From assembly GCA_964016885.1 (NCBI GenBank), contig OZ024743.1, forward strand, positions 77,624,001 through 77,688,000: 64,000 nt of DNA. Direction: 5' to 3'. Made by a program: the position numbers and the translations under genes. Positions 15,801-26,066 of this stretch are shown here, piece after piece; position 1 is the stretch's first letter, and every line of letters starts with the position of its first letter. The stretch comes from Eledone cirrhosa. Its lineage: Eukaryota. Below the pieces are notes generated by a model. The model saw only the letters and a list, made by a program, of their open reading frames with translations. It was not told the DNA's origin and did not search any database.

Positions 15801-17666
15801 TCTATGCCTTTAACCCTTTCATTACCATATTTCTAATGAAAGACACTGTCTATGTCATTAACCCTTTCATTACCATATTTCTAATGAAAGACACTACATA
15901 TTTCATTAACACTTTCATTACCATATATCTAATGAAAGACACTGTCTATCTCATTAACCCTTTCATTACCGTATTTCTAATGAAAGACACTGTCTATGTC
16001 ATTAACGCTTTCATTACCATATTTCTAATGAAAGACACTGTCTATATCTTTAACCATTTCATTACCATATCTCTAATGAAAGACACTGTCTGTTTCATTA
16101 ACCCTTTCATTACCATATTTCTAATAAATGACATTGTCTATATCTTTAACCCTTTCATTACCATATTTCTAATAAAAGACACTGTCTATGTCATTAACCC
16201 TTTCATTACCATATTTCTAATGAAAGACACTGTCTATATCTTAACGCTTTCATTACAATATTTCTAATGAAAGACACTGCCTTTGTCATTAACCCTTTCA
16301 TGACCTTATATCTAATGAAAGACACTGTCTTTTTAATTAACCCTTTCATTACCATATTTCTAATGAAAGACACTTATCTATGTCTGTAACCCTTTCATTA
16401 TCCTATTTCTAATGAAAGACACTGTCTATGCCCTTAACCCTTTCATTACCATATTTCTAATGAAAGATAATGTCTATGTTATTAACCCCTTCATTACCAT
16501 ATCTCTAATGAAAGACACTGTCTATGTCTTTAACCCTTTCATTACGATATTTCTAATGAAAGACAATACCTATGTCATTAACCCTTTCATTACCATATTT
16601 CTATGAATGACACTGTCTATGTCATTAACACTTTCATTACCATATTTCTATGAATGACACTGTCTGTATCATTAACCCTTTCATTACCATATTTCTATGA
16701 AAGACACTGCCTATGTCATTAACCCCTTCATTACCATATTTCTAATGAAAACACTGTCTATGTCTTTAACCCTTTCCTTTCCATATATCTAATGAAAGAC
16801 ATTGTGTATGTCATTAACCATTTCATTACCATATTTCTAATGAAAGACACTGTGTAGGTCACTAACCCTTCCATTACCATATTTCTAATGAAAGGCACTA
16901 TATATATATCACAAACCCTTTCATTACCATATATCTAATGAAAGATACTGTCTATATCTTTAACCCTTTCATTACCATATTTCTAATGAAAGACACTGTC
17001 TAGGTCATTAACACTTCCATTACCATATTTCTAATGAAAGACACTGTCTATGTCTTTAACCGTTTCATTACCATATTTCTAATGAAGGACACTGTCTATG
17101 TCATTAACCCTTTCATCACTATATTTCTATGAAAGACACTGTCTAGGTCATTAACCCTTTCATTACCTTATTTCTATGAAAGACACTGTCTATGTAATTA
17201 ACCCCTTCATTACCATATTTCTAATGAAGACACTGTCTATGTATTTAACCCTTTCATTTCCATATATCTAATGAAAGACACCGTGTATGTCATTAACCCT
17301 TCCATTACCATATTTCTAATGAAAGACACTACCTATGTCATTAACCCTTTCATCACTATATTTCTATGAAAGACACTGTCTAGGTCATTAACCCTTTCAT
17401 TACCTTATTTCTATGAAAGACACTGTCTGTGTCATTAACCCCTTCATTACCATATTTCTAATGAAGACACTGTCTATGTATTTAACCCTTTCATTTCCAT
17501 ATATCTAATGAAAGACATCGTGTATGTCATTAACCCTTCCATTACCATATTTCTAATGAAAGACACTACCTATGTCATTAACCCTTTCAGTACCATATTT
17601 CTAATGAAGGACACTGTCTATGTCATTAACCCTTTCATTACTGCATTTCTAATGAAAGACACTGTC
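806..17666 (+). repeat. 48-bp tandem satellite (about 15 kb net, roughly 310 units), consensus TTAACCCTTTCATTACCATATTTCTAATGAAAGACACTGTCTATGTCA
   Basis: Unit read directly. It has internal inverted repeats CTTTCATTA/TAATGAAAG and AGACA-C-TGTCT, variant units, 25-bp sub-repeats and multi-kb block duplications. Interrupted by a LINE at 11018-12797. Confidence 0.98.
11018..12797 (+). mobile_element. 5'-truncated Tx1/L1-clade LINE (3' half of RT, C-terminal Cys/His region, 3'UTR), inactivated
   Basis: RT motifs RQGCPLS and AYADDVT; GGLGMP; C-terminal CDEETVAHALVHC. Premature stops near 11238 and 12063 and a frameshift near 12120-12155. AATAAA at 12785. 17-bp TSD TACCTATTTCTAATGAA at 11001-11017 and 12798-12814. 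Confidence 0.93.
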
Positions 17667-17752
17667 CTGAAGAAAAAACGCATTGTCACAGCACCAGAGG
17701 AAAATATTGATAGTGGGGTGGGGATGCATGTAAACAAATTTAAGAAAGTTAA

Positions 17753-17840
17753 ACCACCACCACTACCACTACTACTACTACCACTACTTCAACTACTGCC
17801 ACTACTACCACTACCCCAAACACTAACACTACAACTACTC

Positions 17841-17919
<79 letters not shown>

Positions 17920-18170
17920 CGCGCCCACCACTAACATCGCCAACACGACTACCACTACCAACGCCAACAACACTACTACTACTACCAGAACCACTACCAC
18001 CGCCAAGAACACTACTACTACCAGAACCACCACCATTAGCACCTCCAATACAACCACACCACTATTACTACCACCACTACCACTACCACTACCACTACTC
18101 CCACTAATACTACCAACACCACTATTACCACCACCACCACCAGTACTACCACCACTGTCGCCAACCAACA
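17753..18170 (+). repeat. (CTA)n/(CCA)n trinucleotide microsatellite
   Basis: Read directly; pure CTA run at about 17843-17919. Confidence 0.95.
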
Positions 18171-18542
18171 CACTGGAGATTTGGCTGTTATTTCTAGCAG
18201 ACACTATACGCCTATTATCAGCTCAGGCATTGAACGTGACGTAACATGTCACCTATTCACTTATTGTACACACCCACGTATATATAAATATATATATAAA
18301 TGAAAGGTATAGAAAACATTGTAGCGAAAATATATATGACGCAATAATTGCATTTTTTTACATAGACAAGCTGAACAAAAAGAGTCATTCGATTAAATTC
18401 ATCCAGCTTTTAACTGGTACTTTATTTTATTAAACTAATTGACTTTTTTTTTACTTTAACAGGATAAAGAAAGAAGAAATTAACAAATTTTTCCGGATGT
18501 TATAAAATATTTTATTCACAGAATGTAAATATAAACACATAT

Positions 18543-18672
18543 AATTATTTCTACTTTTGTCACAAGGCCAGTAACTATCCCAGTACATTACTGGTACTTT
18601 ATTTTATCGACCCCGTAAGGATGAAAGGCAAAGCTAACCTCGGCGGCATTTGAACCCAAAACGTAACGGGCC
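18543..18672 (-). mobile_element. tRNA-derived SINE fragment with a Meta/MESC-like central domain
   Basis: Minus strand reads GGGTTCAAATGCC (B-box-like), then GCCGAGGTTAGCTTTGCCTTTCATCCTTACGGGGTCGATAAAATAAAGTACCAGT. The family assignment is from recalled knowledge. Confidence 0.65.
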
Positions 18673-18751
18673 ATGGTTCTATGCTGCAAAACATGGTGTC
18701 TACAATTAACTATTGCATCAAAATGTAAAGATGATCAAATATACAGTGTAA

Positions 18752-18821
18752 TCGATAAAATAGAGTACCAGTAATGTACTGTTAATTGCTGGCCTTGTGC
18801 AAAAAAGTAGAACAGTAATTA
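18752..18821 (+). mobile_element. Second fragment of the same SINE (3' part), inverted relative to 18543-18610
   Basis: TCGATAAAATAGAGTACCAGTAATGTACTG...CTGGCCTTGTGCAAAAAAGTAGAA matches the reverse complement of 18543-18610. Confidence 0.65.
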
Positions 18822-19502
18822 GGAGAGACAGAGAGGGTGAAGATATTAAGAGAAAAAAAGATATCCAATGACAAGAGAGAGATGAGGTCAGAGGAGTAGT
18901 AGATGACAAGACAGAGAGGGTGAAGAGCAGTAGTATATATAGATAAGAGAGAGAAAATGAGGAGAAAGTTTATATCATTTACGCTTGTTTGACGACAGGA
19001 GACATATTTTACACGTGGTACGACACTAGAAAAAAAACAGTAAGTATTTTTTTTACCCAGTTGATTAAATTAATTATTTTCATTAATTGTCTAAATGATT
19101 TCACGACTTAGAATTTATCGGTTTTATGTTTGCTTTTTTTGTTGCTTTATAAATTTTACACACTTTATTCTCATAGTTATTTCACTTTTCTCTGCCCCAG
19201 TTGACAGCTTCTTTTCTATAGATATTTTCATAAGTAAATAAATACTTTTACGTCTACAGAACAATTACTAATATTAAATTTTACTAATCTTATCTTCTCG
19301 TGAAATTTTATTTTAAGTGGTAACGTTCCTGTGACAATTTTCTTTAGCCATGAACAAACATTATACATGACAAGAAAGCACGATACAAAAAATTCCATAC
19401 ATTATAAAATAAATAGGATGGGTTTGGGTCTGTATATGTTAAATAAATGACTAATTTTCGTTTGTTAAAATATTCAACTGAGACAACCTAGAAAATCTAC
19501 CG

Positions 19503-19616
19503 AATTTCCAATCACTCCCTTATTCCAGCCCCCCCCCCTCCCTTAAATTTCCAATCACTCCCTTATTCCAGCCCCCCCTCCTTAAATTTCAAATCTCTCC
19601 CTTATTCCAGCCCCCC
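19503..19616 (+). repeat. About 40-bp minisatellite, 3 copies
   Basis: AATTTCCAATCACTCCCTTATTCCAGCCCCCC(n)TCC(C)TTA repeated with a variable C run. Confidence 0.85.
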
Positions 19617-19747
19617 ATTATTTAGGGCCCGAGAGTAGGATAAATTTACATGGTTTTCATTTCTTCTACTTTTAATATTCTGCTTCCTACTTTGATCGCT
19701 TCTTTTGCCATTTTATGGCTCTTATAAACTTTATAAATTTGACTCGT

Positions 19748-20023
19748 GAAAGCAGCCGATGAAAGCAGGCGAAGGTGACGTCATTCGTCATCGTTTATTT
19801 CCGTATTACTACCACCACGCGTAAGTGGAGTTTTTACGCGTTTTTTATTTTTTTTATTAAAGCATATCGATGTAAGTGGAGTTACTTAAATGAAAATATA
19901 GGTGGCCCTTAAAAGGGCCAAATTAGAAAACAAATTTAAGTTAATTAGAAAAGAAAAAAAACTCCACTTACGCGTGGTAGTAATACGGAAATAAACGATG
20001 TTTTGCTTTTATCGGCTGCTTTC
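19748..20023. repeat. Imperfect inverted repeat (MITE-like or foldback)
   Basis: Arms 19748-19835 and 19956-20023, sharing GAAAGCAGCCGAT and CATCGTTTATTTCCGTATTACTACCAC..GCGTAAGTGGAGTTTTT. Central palindrome TGGCCCTT-AA-AAGGGCCA. Confidence 0.7.
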
Positions 20024-20375
20024 GCACTGAAAGCAAATAGCGTTGTAGTGCCGAATTAACTGTTATTTCTAGCACACAGGTACTATCACACTCTTCTATT
20101 ACCACTTATATAATATAATTTATAGTGACGAAACGTAAGTCAATTGCATGAACTCATAATCCTTTCTCTTTTACCCGGTAATGGGATGTCCTTAGTAGTG
20201 AGTTTATTCATGTTGGCTGCGGTCCGCTACTGTATGAAGCGCTCAACAGGTTGTAGAGCATGGGGTAATCAAGAGAGTAAGTGTTGGTAAAATCCAGTAC
20301 TTCAGTATGCGGATAGGGAGCACTCAACGAATATATATAAAACTAATAATTATTTATAAAACTAATCTGTATTAT

Positions 20376-20439
20376 ATTTTATCTGATGAAACCGCACCAT
20401 AATCTGCCTTGGTGGCCCTTGAAATATGTATAATAAAAT
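20376..20439 (+). ncRNA. Type I hammerhead ribozyme fold (Penelope-like terminal repeat), imperfect stem II
   Basis: ATTTTAT-CTGATGA-[AA..CACCA..TGGTG..TT]-GAAAT-ATGT-ATA^ATAAAAT; 7-bp stem I. Confidence 0.6.
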
Positions 20440-20707
20440 CAATATGGTTTTATAAATATAGTTTCTATTTGTTAATATATTGTATATATATATATATTTC
20501 GTTTCTGAATTTGTTTAGCAAGATTCTTTATCTGAAAACGTGTGTTGAAACCGATATTGTTATACTTTGGGAGAGTCATGTTGCCAATAAGAAACACACG
20601 CACCAGTTGCTTTCACTTCAATTTATTATAATAAATTTATAAATTTAGGAATTTATAAATTTACGGTTGGTTGGTTGGTTCCACAACCAGATGGTTGTTT
20701 ATATATT

Positions 20708-20750
20708 GTCAAAGTTCTTTCGTCACACATTCTGTGACCTCTTCAGTGAC
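20708..20750 (-). ncRNA. Minimal type I hammerhead ribozyme fold
   Basis: Minus strand: GTCA-CTGAAGA-G-GTCACA gaatg TGTGAC-GAAAG-AA-CTT^TGAC. Confidence 0.65.
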
Positions 20751-21143
20751 TGGGATTCTTTTCTTTGTTTTTGTGCCTCTCCTTTGTTCTGTCCTACGCC
20801 ATCTTGTTTCTCAAGATGGCTTAGAACTATATAGTTCTGGTATCTCTAATTAGTACCATAGAACAACAATTATATTATAGACACCCTATATATCTCAATG
20901 TGTACTTAGTACTCAATGAGATATTTACCTCATTTTTATACATTCTCCAATCTATGTAGAGAAAAAAATTCGTTGTTGCTTACTGCTATTTTTTTAGCAG
21001 CCAAGCCATCAAGTCTGTAATATTCCCGCTTGCTCTAGTGGCTAGGTCACGTATGGGTCACTTTAACGGCTATAACTCATACGAGCTGGTAGTTAGCATT
21101 AAATTTGCGGACCATGGGACATATGTCCTATAGAAAGGAAATA

Positions 21144-21222
21144 GCTATCTGATGAAATCTACTTTCCGTTGGAAATTCTCTGAATTTCCAATCTTTTGTG
21201 GATAGAAACCGCCAGTAATAGC
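21144..21222 (+). ncRNA. Type I hammerhead ribozyme fold with extended stem II
   Basis: GCTAT-CTGATGA-A-ATCTAC..TTGGAAATTC tct GAATTTCCAA..GTGGAT-A-GAAAC-CGCCA-GTA^ATAGC. Confidence 0.65.
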
Positions 21223-21284
21223 ATTATGAACAGGTAGATATTTAAAGGATTGTTTAATGTTTGTTTGTTCTGCTCATCAATTTT

Positions 21285-22260
21285 TATATATGTGTATATG
21301 TATATACCTATGTGTGTATATATATATATGTGTGTATATATATATATGTGTGTATATATATATATGTGTGTGTATATATATATATGTGTGTGTATATATA
21401 TATATGTGTGTGTATATATATATATGTGTGTGTATATATATATGTGTGTGTATATATATATATGTGTGTGTATATATATGTGTGTGTATATATATATATG
21501 TGTGTGTATATATATATGTGTGTGTATATATATATGTGTGTGTATATATATATATATGTGTGTGTATATATATGTGTGTGTATATATATGTGTGTGTATA
21601 TATATATGTGTGTATATATATGTGTATATATATATGTGTATATATATGTGTGTATATATATATATGTGTGTATATATATATATGTGTGTGTATATATATG
21701 TGTGTATATATATATGTGTGTATATATATATGTGTGTATATATATATGTGTGTATATATATGTGTGTGTGTGTATATATATGTGTGTATATATATATGTG
21801 TGTGTATATATATATGTGTGTGTATATATATATGTGTGTGTGTATATATATGTGTGTGTGTATATATATGTGTGTGTGTATATATATGTGTGTGTATATA
21901 TATATGTGTGTGTATATATATATGTGTGTGTATATATATATGTGTGTGTATATATATGTGTGTGTGTATATATATATATGTGTGTGTGTGTATATATGTG
22001 TGTGTATATATATATATGTGTGTGTATATATATATGTGTGTGTATATATATATATGTGTGTGTATATATATATATGTGTGTGTATATATATATATGTGTA
22101 TATATATATATACATTCACACACATATATATATATATATATACATACACACACACATATATATATGTGTGTGTCTATGTATATATATATATATATGTGTG
22201 TGTGTATATATATATATATGTGTGTGTGTATGTATATATATATATATATATATGTGTATG

Positions 22261-22291
<31 letters not shown>

Positions 22292-22316
22292 ATGTATATA
22301 TATATGTGTGTGTATG

Positions 22317-22347
<31 letters not shown>

Positions 22348-22486
22348 ATGTATATATATATATATATGTGTGTATGTATATATATATATATATGTGTGTA
22401 TGTATATATATATATATATGTGTGTATGTATATATATATATGTGTGTGTGTGTGTATGTATATATATATATATATGTGTGTGTGTG

Positions 22487-22527
<41 letters not shown>

Positions 22528-22738
22528 ATGTATATATATATATGTGTGTATGTATATATATATATGTGTGTGTATGTATATATATATATGTGTGTGTATG
22601 TATATATATATATATGTGTGTGTATGTATATATATATATGTGTGTGTGTGTATGTATATATATATATGTGTGTGTGTGTATGTATATATATATATATATG
22701 TGTGTGTATGTATATATATATATATATGTGTGTGATTG

Positions 22739-22771
<33 letters not shown>

Positions 22772-22902
22772 ATGTATATATATATATATATGTGTGTGTG
22801 TATGTATATATATATATATGTGTGTATGTATATATATATATGTGTGTGTATGTATATATATATATATGTGTGTGTATGTATATATATATATATGTGTGTA
22901 TG

Positions 22903-22933
<31 letters not shown>

Positions 22934-23138
22934 ATACATATATATATGTGTGTGTGTATACATATATATGTGTGTGTGTGTGTATACATATATATGTGTG
23001 TGTGTGTGTATATATATATATATGTGTGTGTGTGTATATATATATATATGTGTGTGTGTGTGTATATATATATATGTGTGTGTGTGTATATATATATATG
23101 TGTGTGTGTGTATGTATATATGTGTGTGTGTGTATATC
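21285..23138 (+). repeat. Compound (TA)n(TG)n microsatellite field
   Basis: Read directly; short CA-containing patch at about 22113-22156. Confidence 0.97.
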
Positions 23139-23139
23139 T

Positions 23140-23192
23140 GTTAGAACACGAAAAGTGTGAAACAACAGAATGTTCACTTTGCGTGTTCTAAC
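23140..23192. repeat. Hairpin / short inverted repeat at the edge of a microsatellite
   Basis: GTTAGAACACG-AAAAGTG...CACTTTG-CGTGTTCTAAC; 11-bp perfect outer stem. Confidence 0.7.
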
Positions 23193-23287
23193 ATGTATGC
23201 GTAACTTCTTCATAAATTTTCCGGGGATAGCCGTGGTGGTGGTGATCGTATGTCATTGGCTAATTTTCAACCAATCAGAGTAAGTGT

Positions 23288-23318
<31 letters not shown>

Positions 23319-23383
23319 CTATTCCCCCTCTCTCTATATATATCTTACGCTTTCGCTTTACACTCCTCCCCTTCAATAACACA

Positions 23384-24161
23384 TTTCCCCCTCTCTATAT
23401 ATCTCTTATACTGTTACACTTATATTTCCATTTATTTATTACCCCCTCTCTCTATATCTCTTCCACTGTTACTTACGCCTGTTTCTCTCTATCTGTTCCG
23501 TCTCTATATATATCTCTCTTACTCTTTCGCTTTGCACTCCTCCCCTTCAATACCATCTCTCCCCCTCTCTATATATTTGTTACTCTATCGCTGCACGCTC
23601 CTCTCCTTCAATATATCAATTACACACTTACGCTTTACACTCCTTTATCCCCAGCGCCCCTATATATACACCACCCCCCGCATCTATATTTTAATGTTCC
23701 GTTGCACCGTGAATATGTGTCTATATATATATACATATATATTGTATATACACATTCATGTATGTGTATACACACTCATGTATGTATATACACTGGTTTT
23801 ATGTGTGTATTGTAAATTTGTACTGTTAAAACACGAAACTAACATTCGATTGACACTTTGATTATCTGTACAGGCAATAGTTATTAGAATGCTGTTGAAG
23901 TGTGTATATATTTTTGGTGAATCCGCGATAGTTGAACCGCCAAGTAGCGAGGTATCACTGTATATATGTTTAAATATATAGTGTAGCTGTGAAAACTGAC
24001 TTTAAACGTGTTTCGGTTTACGAGCGCCGCGCCGGAACGAATTAAACTCGTAAACCGAGGTGCCACAGTATATCTCTATATATATAAAATAAAAGAATTT
24101 ATTCAGTTTTGGGACAATATAATTTTGACTGATAACAAATGTGAAATTCTTAACTAGCATC

Positions 24162-24195
<34 letters not shown>

Positions 24196-24528
24196 TATGA
24201 AACTTCTAGGTATGTCACGATGTATCTAACATTACGTTGACACTTTCCCCCTCTCTATATATCTCTTATACTGTTACACTTATATTTCCATTTATTTATT
24301 CCCCCCTCTCTCTATATCTCTTCCACTGTTACTTACGCCTGTTTCTCTCTATCTGTTCCGTCTCTATATATATCTCTCTTACTCTTTCGCTTTGCACTCC
24401 TCCCCTTCAATACCATCTCTCCCCCTCTCTATATATTTGTTACTCTATCGCTGCACGCTCCTCTCCTTCAATATATCAATTACACACTTAAGCTTTACAC
24501 TCCTTTATCCCCAGCGCCCCTATATATA
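23384..24528 (+). repeat. About 285-bp CT-rich direct repeat, copies at 23384-23668 and 24244-24528
   Basis: Near-identical sequence at an offset of 860 bp. Confidence 0.9.
23915..24070. mobile_element. Two adjacent pogo/Tigger-type MITE terminal fragments
   Basis: CCGCGATAGTTGAACCGC..GCGAGGTATCACTG|TA (ends 23960) and CCGGAACGAATTAAACTCGTAAACCGAGGTGCCACAG|TA (ends 24068) resemble Tigger-like TIRs followed by TA. Confidence 0.55.
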
Positions 24529-24832
24529 TACCTCAGGGAATATAAAGAAAATGTATATACACTGATAATTGCAATTGTATGTAAATATTTTGTTTTTGTA
24601 TTGCTTATTTTATGTTTTCTATTATGTATAATATATTGATTTAATATTGATTGTTTTTTGTAGTTGTTTATATTAAAAGTCTGAAAATATTTTTATACAT
24701 CTTACACTAATATTTATAAGATAATTTATAATAACAATTACATAATCTAATTACATTACAACGATAATTTATTATTAATATATATCCTGTTTAACTAGAG
24801 TTATTACAAGCGTTGCCTTAAAAAAATATTAA

Positions 24833-25789
24833 ACTAGACATGAAAAATGCGCAAGCTCAAAAGTGCCACAGAATGTTATAATAAACCTTCAAAAGTGTGG
24901 GACTAGAGTTGTTGCTAAAAAATATTGTAATCATTATATATCGTACATTCTGTGGCATCCTTTATAAAAATAGCTTAAACCAACGAAACCTTTATTTTTA
25001 CGCTATTTCACTTAGTTAATTCTTAGAGTGTAACATATAAAAATAAATACATCTATGTTTAATGTAATAACAGCTATAAATAATTACGTAATATTATTAT
25101 CATATACTCATAGTAACAAAATAATTGTGTTGAAAATTAATATGATGCTTATATGAACGATCAAATCTATAATGATAATTTCTTAAATATACTAATAGTA
25201 AAATAATTTAGTTATCTATTGTTACATTTTCATAGAACTATAATATTAACAATCGTATTGCATTATCAAATTTTTATCACTACAAACTTTCATATTGGAA
25301 TTACCTTAAGCCACTTATTATTACTTCGCTTTCGTACTTTTACAGCTGTAGATATTGCGCTGTATCTTATATCTAATATCAATATCTCATGGTAATTTGC
25401 ATGCAGTGTAAAATAGGTTTATTAATAACTTTAATATGAAATGTATTATACAGGACTGCGGAGTCGGCCAAAAATTGACTGGCTCCAACTCAGGATCCGA
25501 TACTCCATTATTTCCTAAATTTCAGCTCCGAAGCTCTGTTATTATATTAATTAATTTATTTTATAGTTGTAAATCATATTTTTATATGTTACACTCTAAG
25601 AATTAACTAAGTGAAATAGCGTAAAAATAAAGGCTTCGTTGGTTTAAGCTATTTTTATAAAGGATGCCACAGAATGTACGATATATAATGATTACAATAT
25701 TTTTTAGCAACAACTCTAGTCCCACACTTTTGAAGGTTTATTATAACATTCTGTGGCACTTTTGAGCTTGCGCATTTTTCATGTCTAGT
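24833..25789. repeat. Near-perfect 213-bp inverted repeat (arms 24833-25045 and 25577-25789)
   Basis: One substitution seen between the arms. Each arm has an internal inverted pair TGCCACAGAATG/CATTCTGTGGCA. The right arm abuts a TA microsatellite. Confidence 0.92.
25451..25538. mobile_element. 88-bp hAT-type MITE
   Basis: Degenerate TIRs CAGGACTGCGGAGTCGG / CAGCTCCGAAGCTCTG; 8-bp TSD-like flanks GTATTATA / TTATTATA (7 of 8 match). Confidence 0.6.
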
Positions 25790-25934
25790 ATATATATGTG
25801 TGTGTGTGTATATATATATGTGTGTGTGTGTGTGTGTATATATATATGTGTGTGTGTGTGTATATATATATATGTGTGTGTGTGTATATATATATATGTG
25901 TGTGTGTATATATATATATATGTGTGTGTGTATG

Positions 25935-25965
<31 letters not shown>

Positions 25966-26066
25966 ATGTGTGTATATATATATATGTGTGTATATATATA
26001 TATATGTGTGTATATATATATATATATGTGTGTATATATATATATATGTGTGTATATATATATGTG
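25790..26066 (+). repeat. (TA)n(TG)n microsatellite
   Basis: Read directly. Confidence 0.95.

Noticed and set aside
806-17666. ORFs repeating MKDTVYVINPFITIFL
   Set aside because: A by-product of a 48-bp unit divisible by three. Frequent stops and frameshifts, no splice structure.
806-17666. CRISPR-like palindromic repeat array
   Set aside because: Units are head-to-tail with no unique spacers, there are no cas genes, and the context is eukaryotic.
17508-18204. Poly-Leu and poly-Val ORFs
   Set aside because: Translations of the (CTA)n/(CCA)n microsatellite.
18180-20075. Shared motif CTGTTATTTCTAGCA at about 18185 and about 20060
   Set aside because: Too short to define an element; probably the end of a common dispersed repeat.
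20120-20150. GACGAAACGTAAGTC half-hammerhead
   Set aside because: No upstream CUGANGA or stem I partner found.
20525-20565. CTGAAAAC..GTTGAAAC hammerhead-like motif
   Set aside because: The core G is missing and there is no stem I or III pairing.
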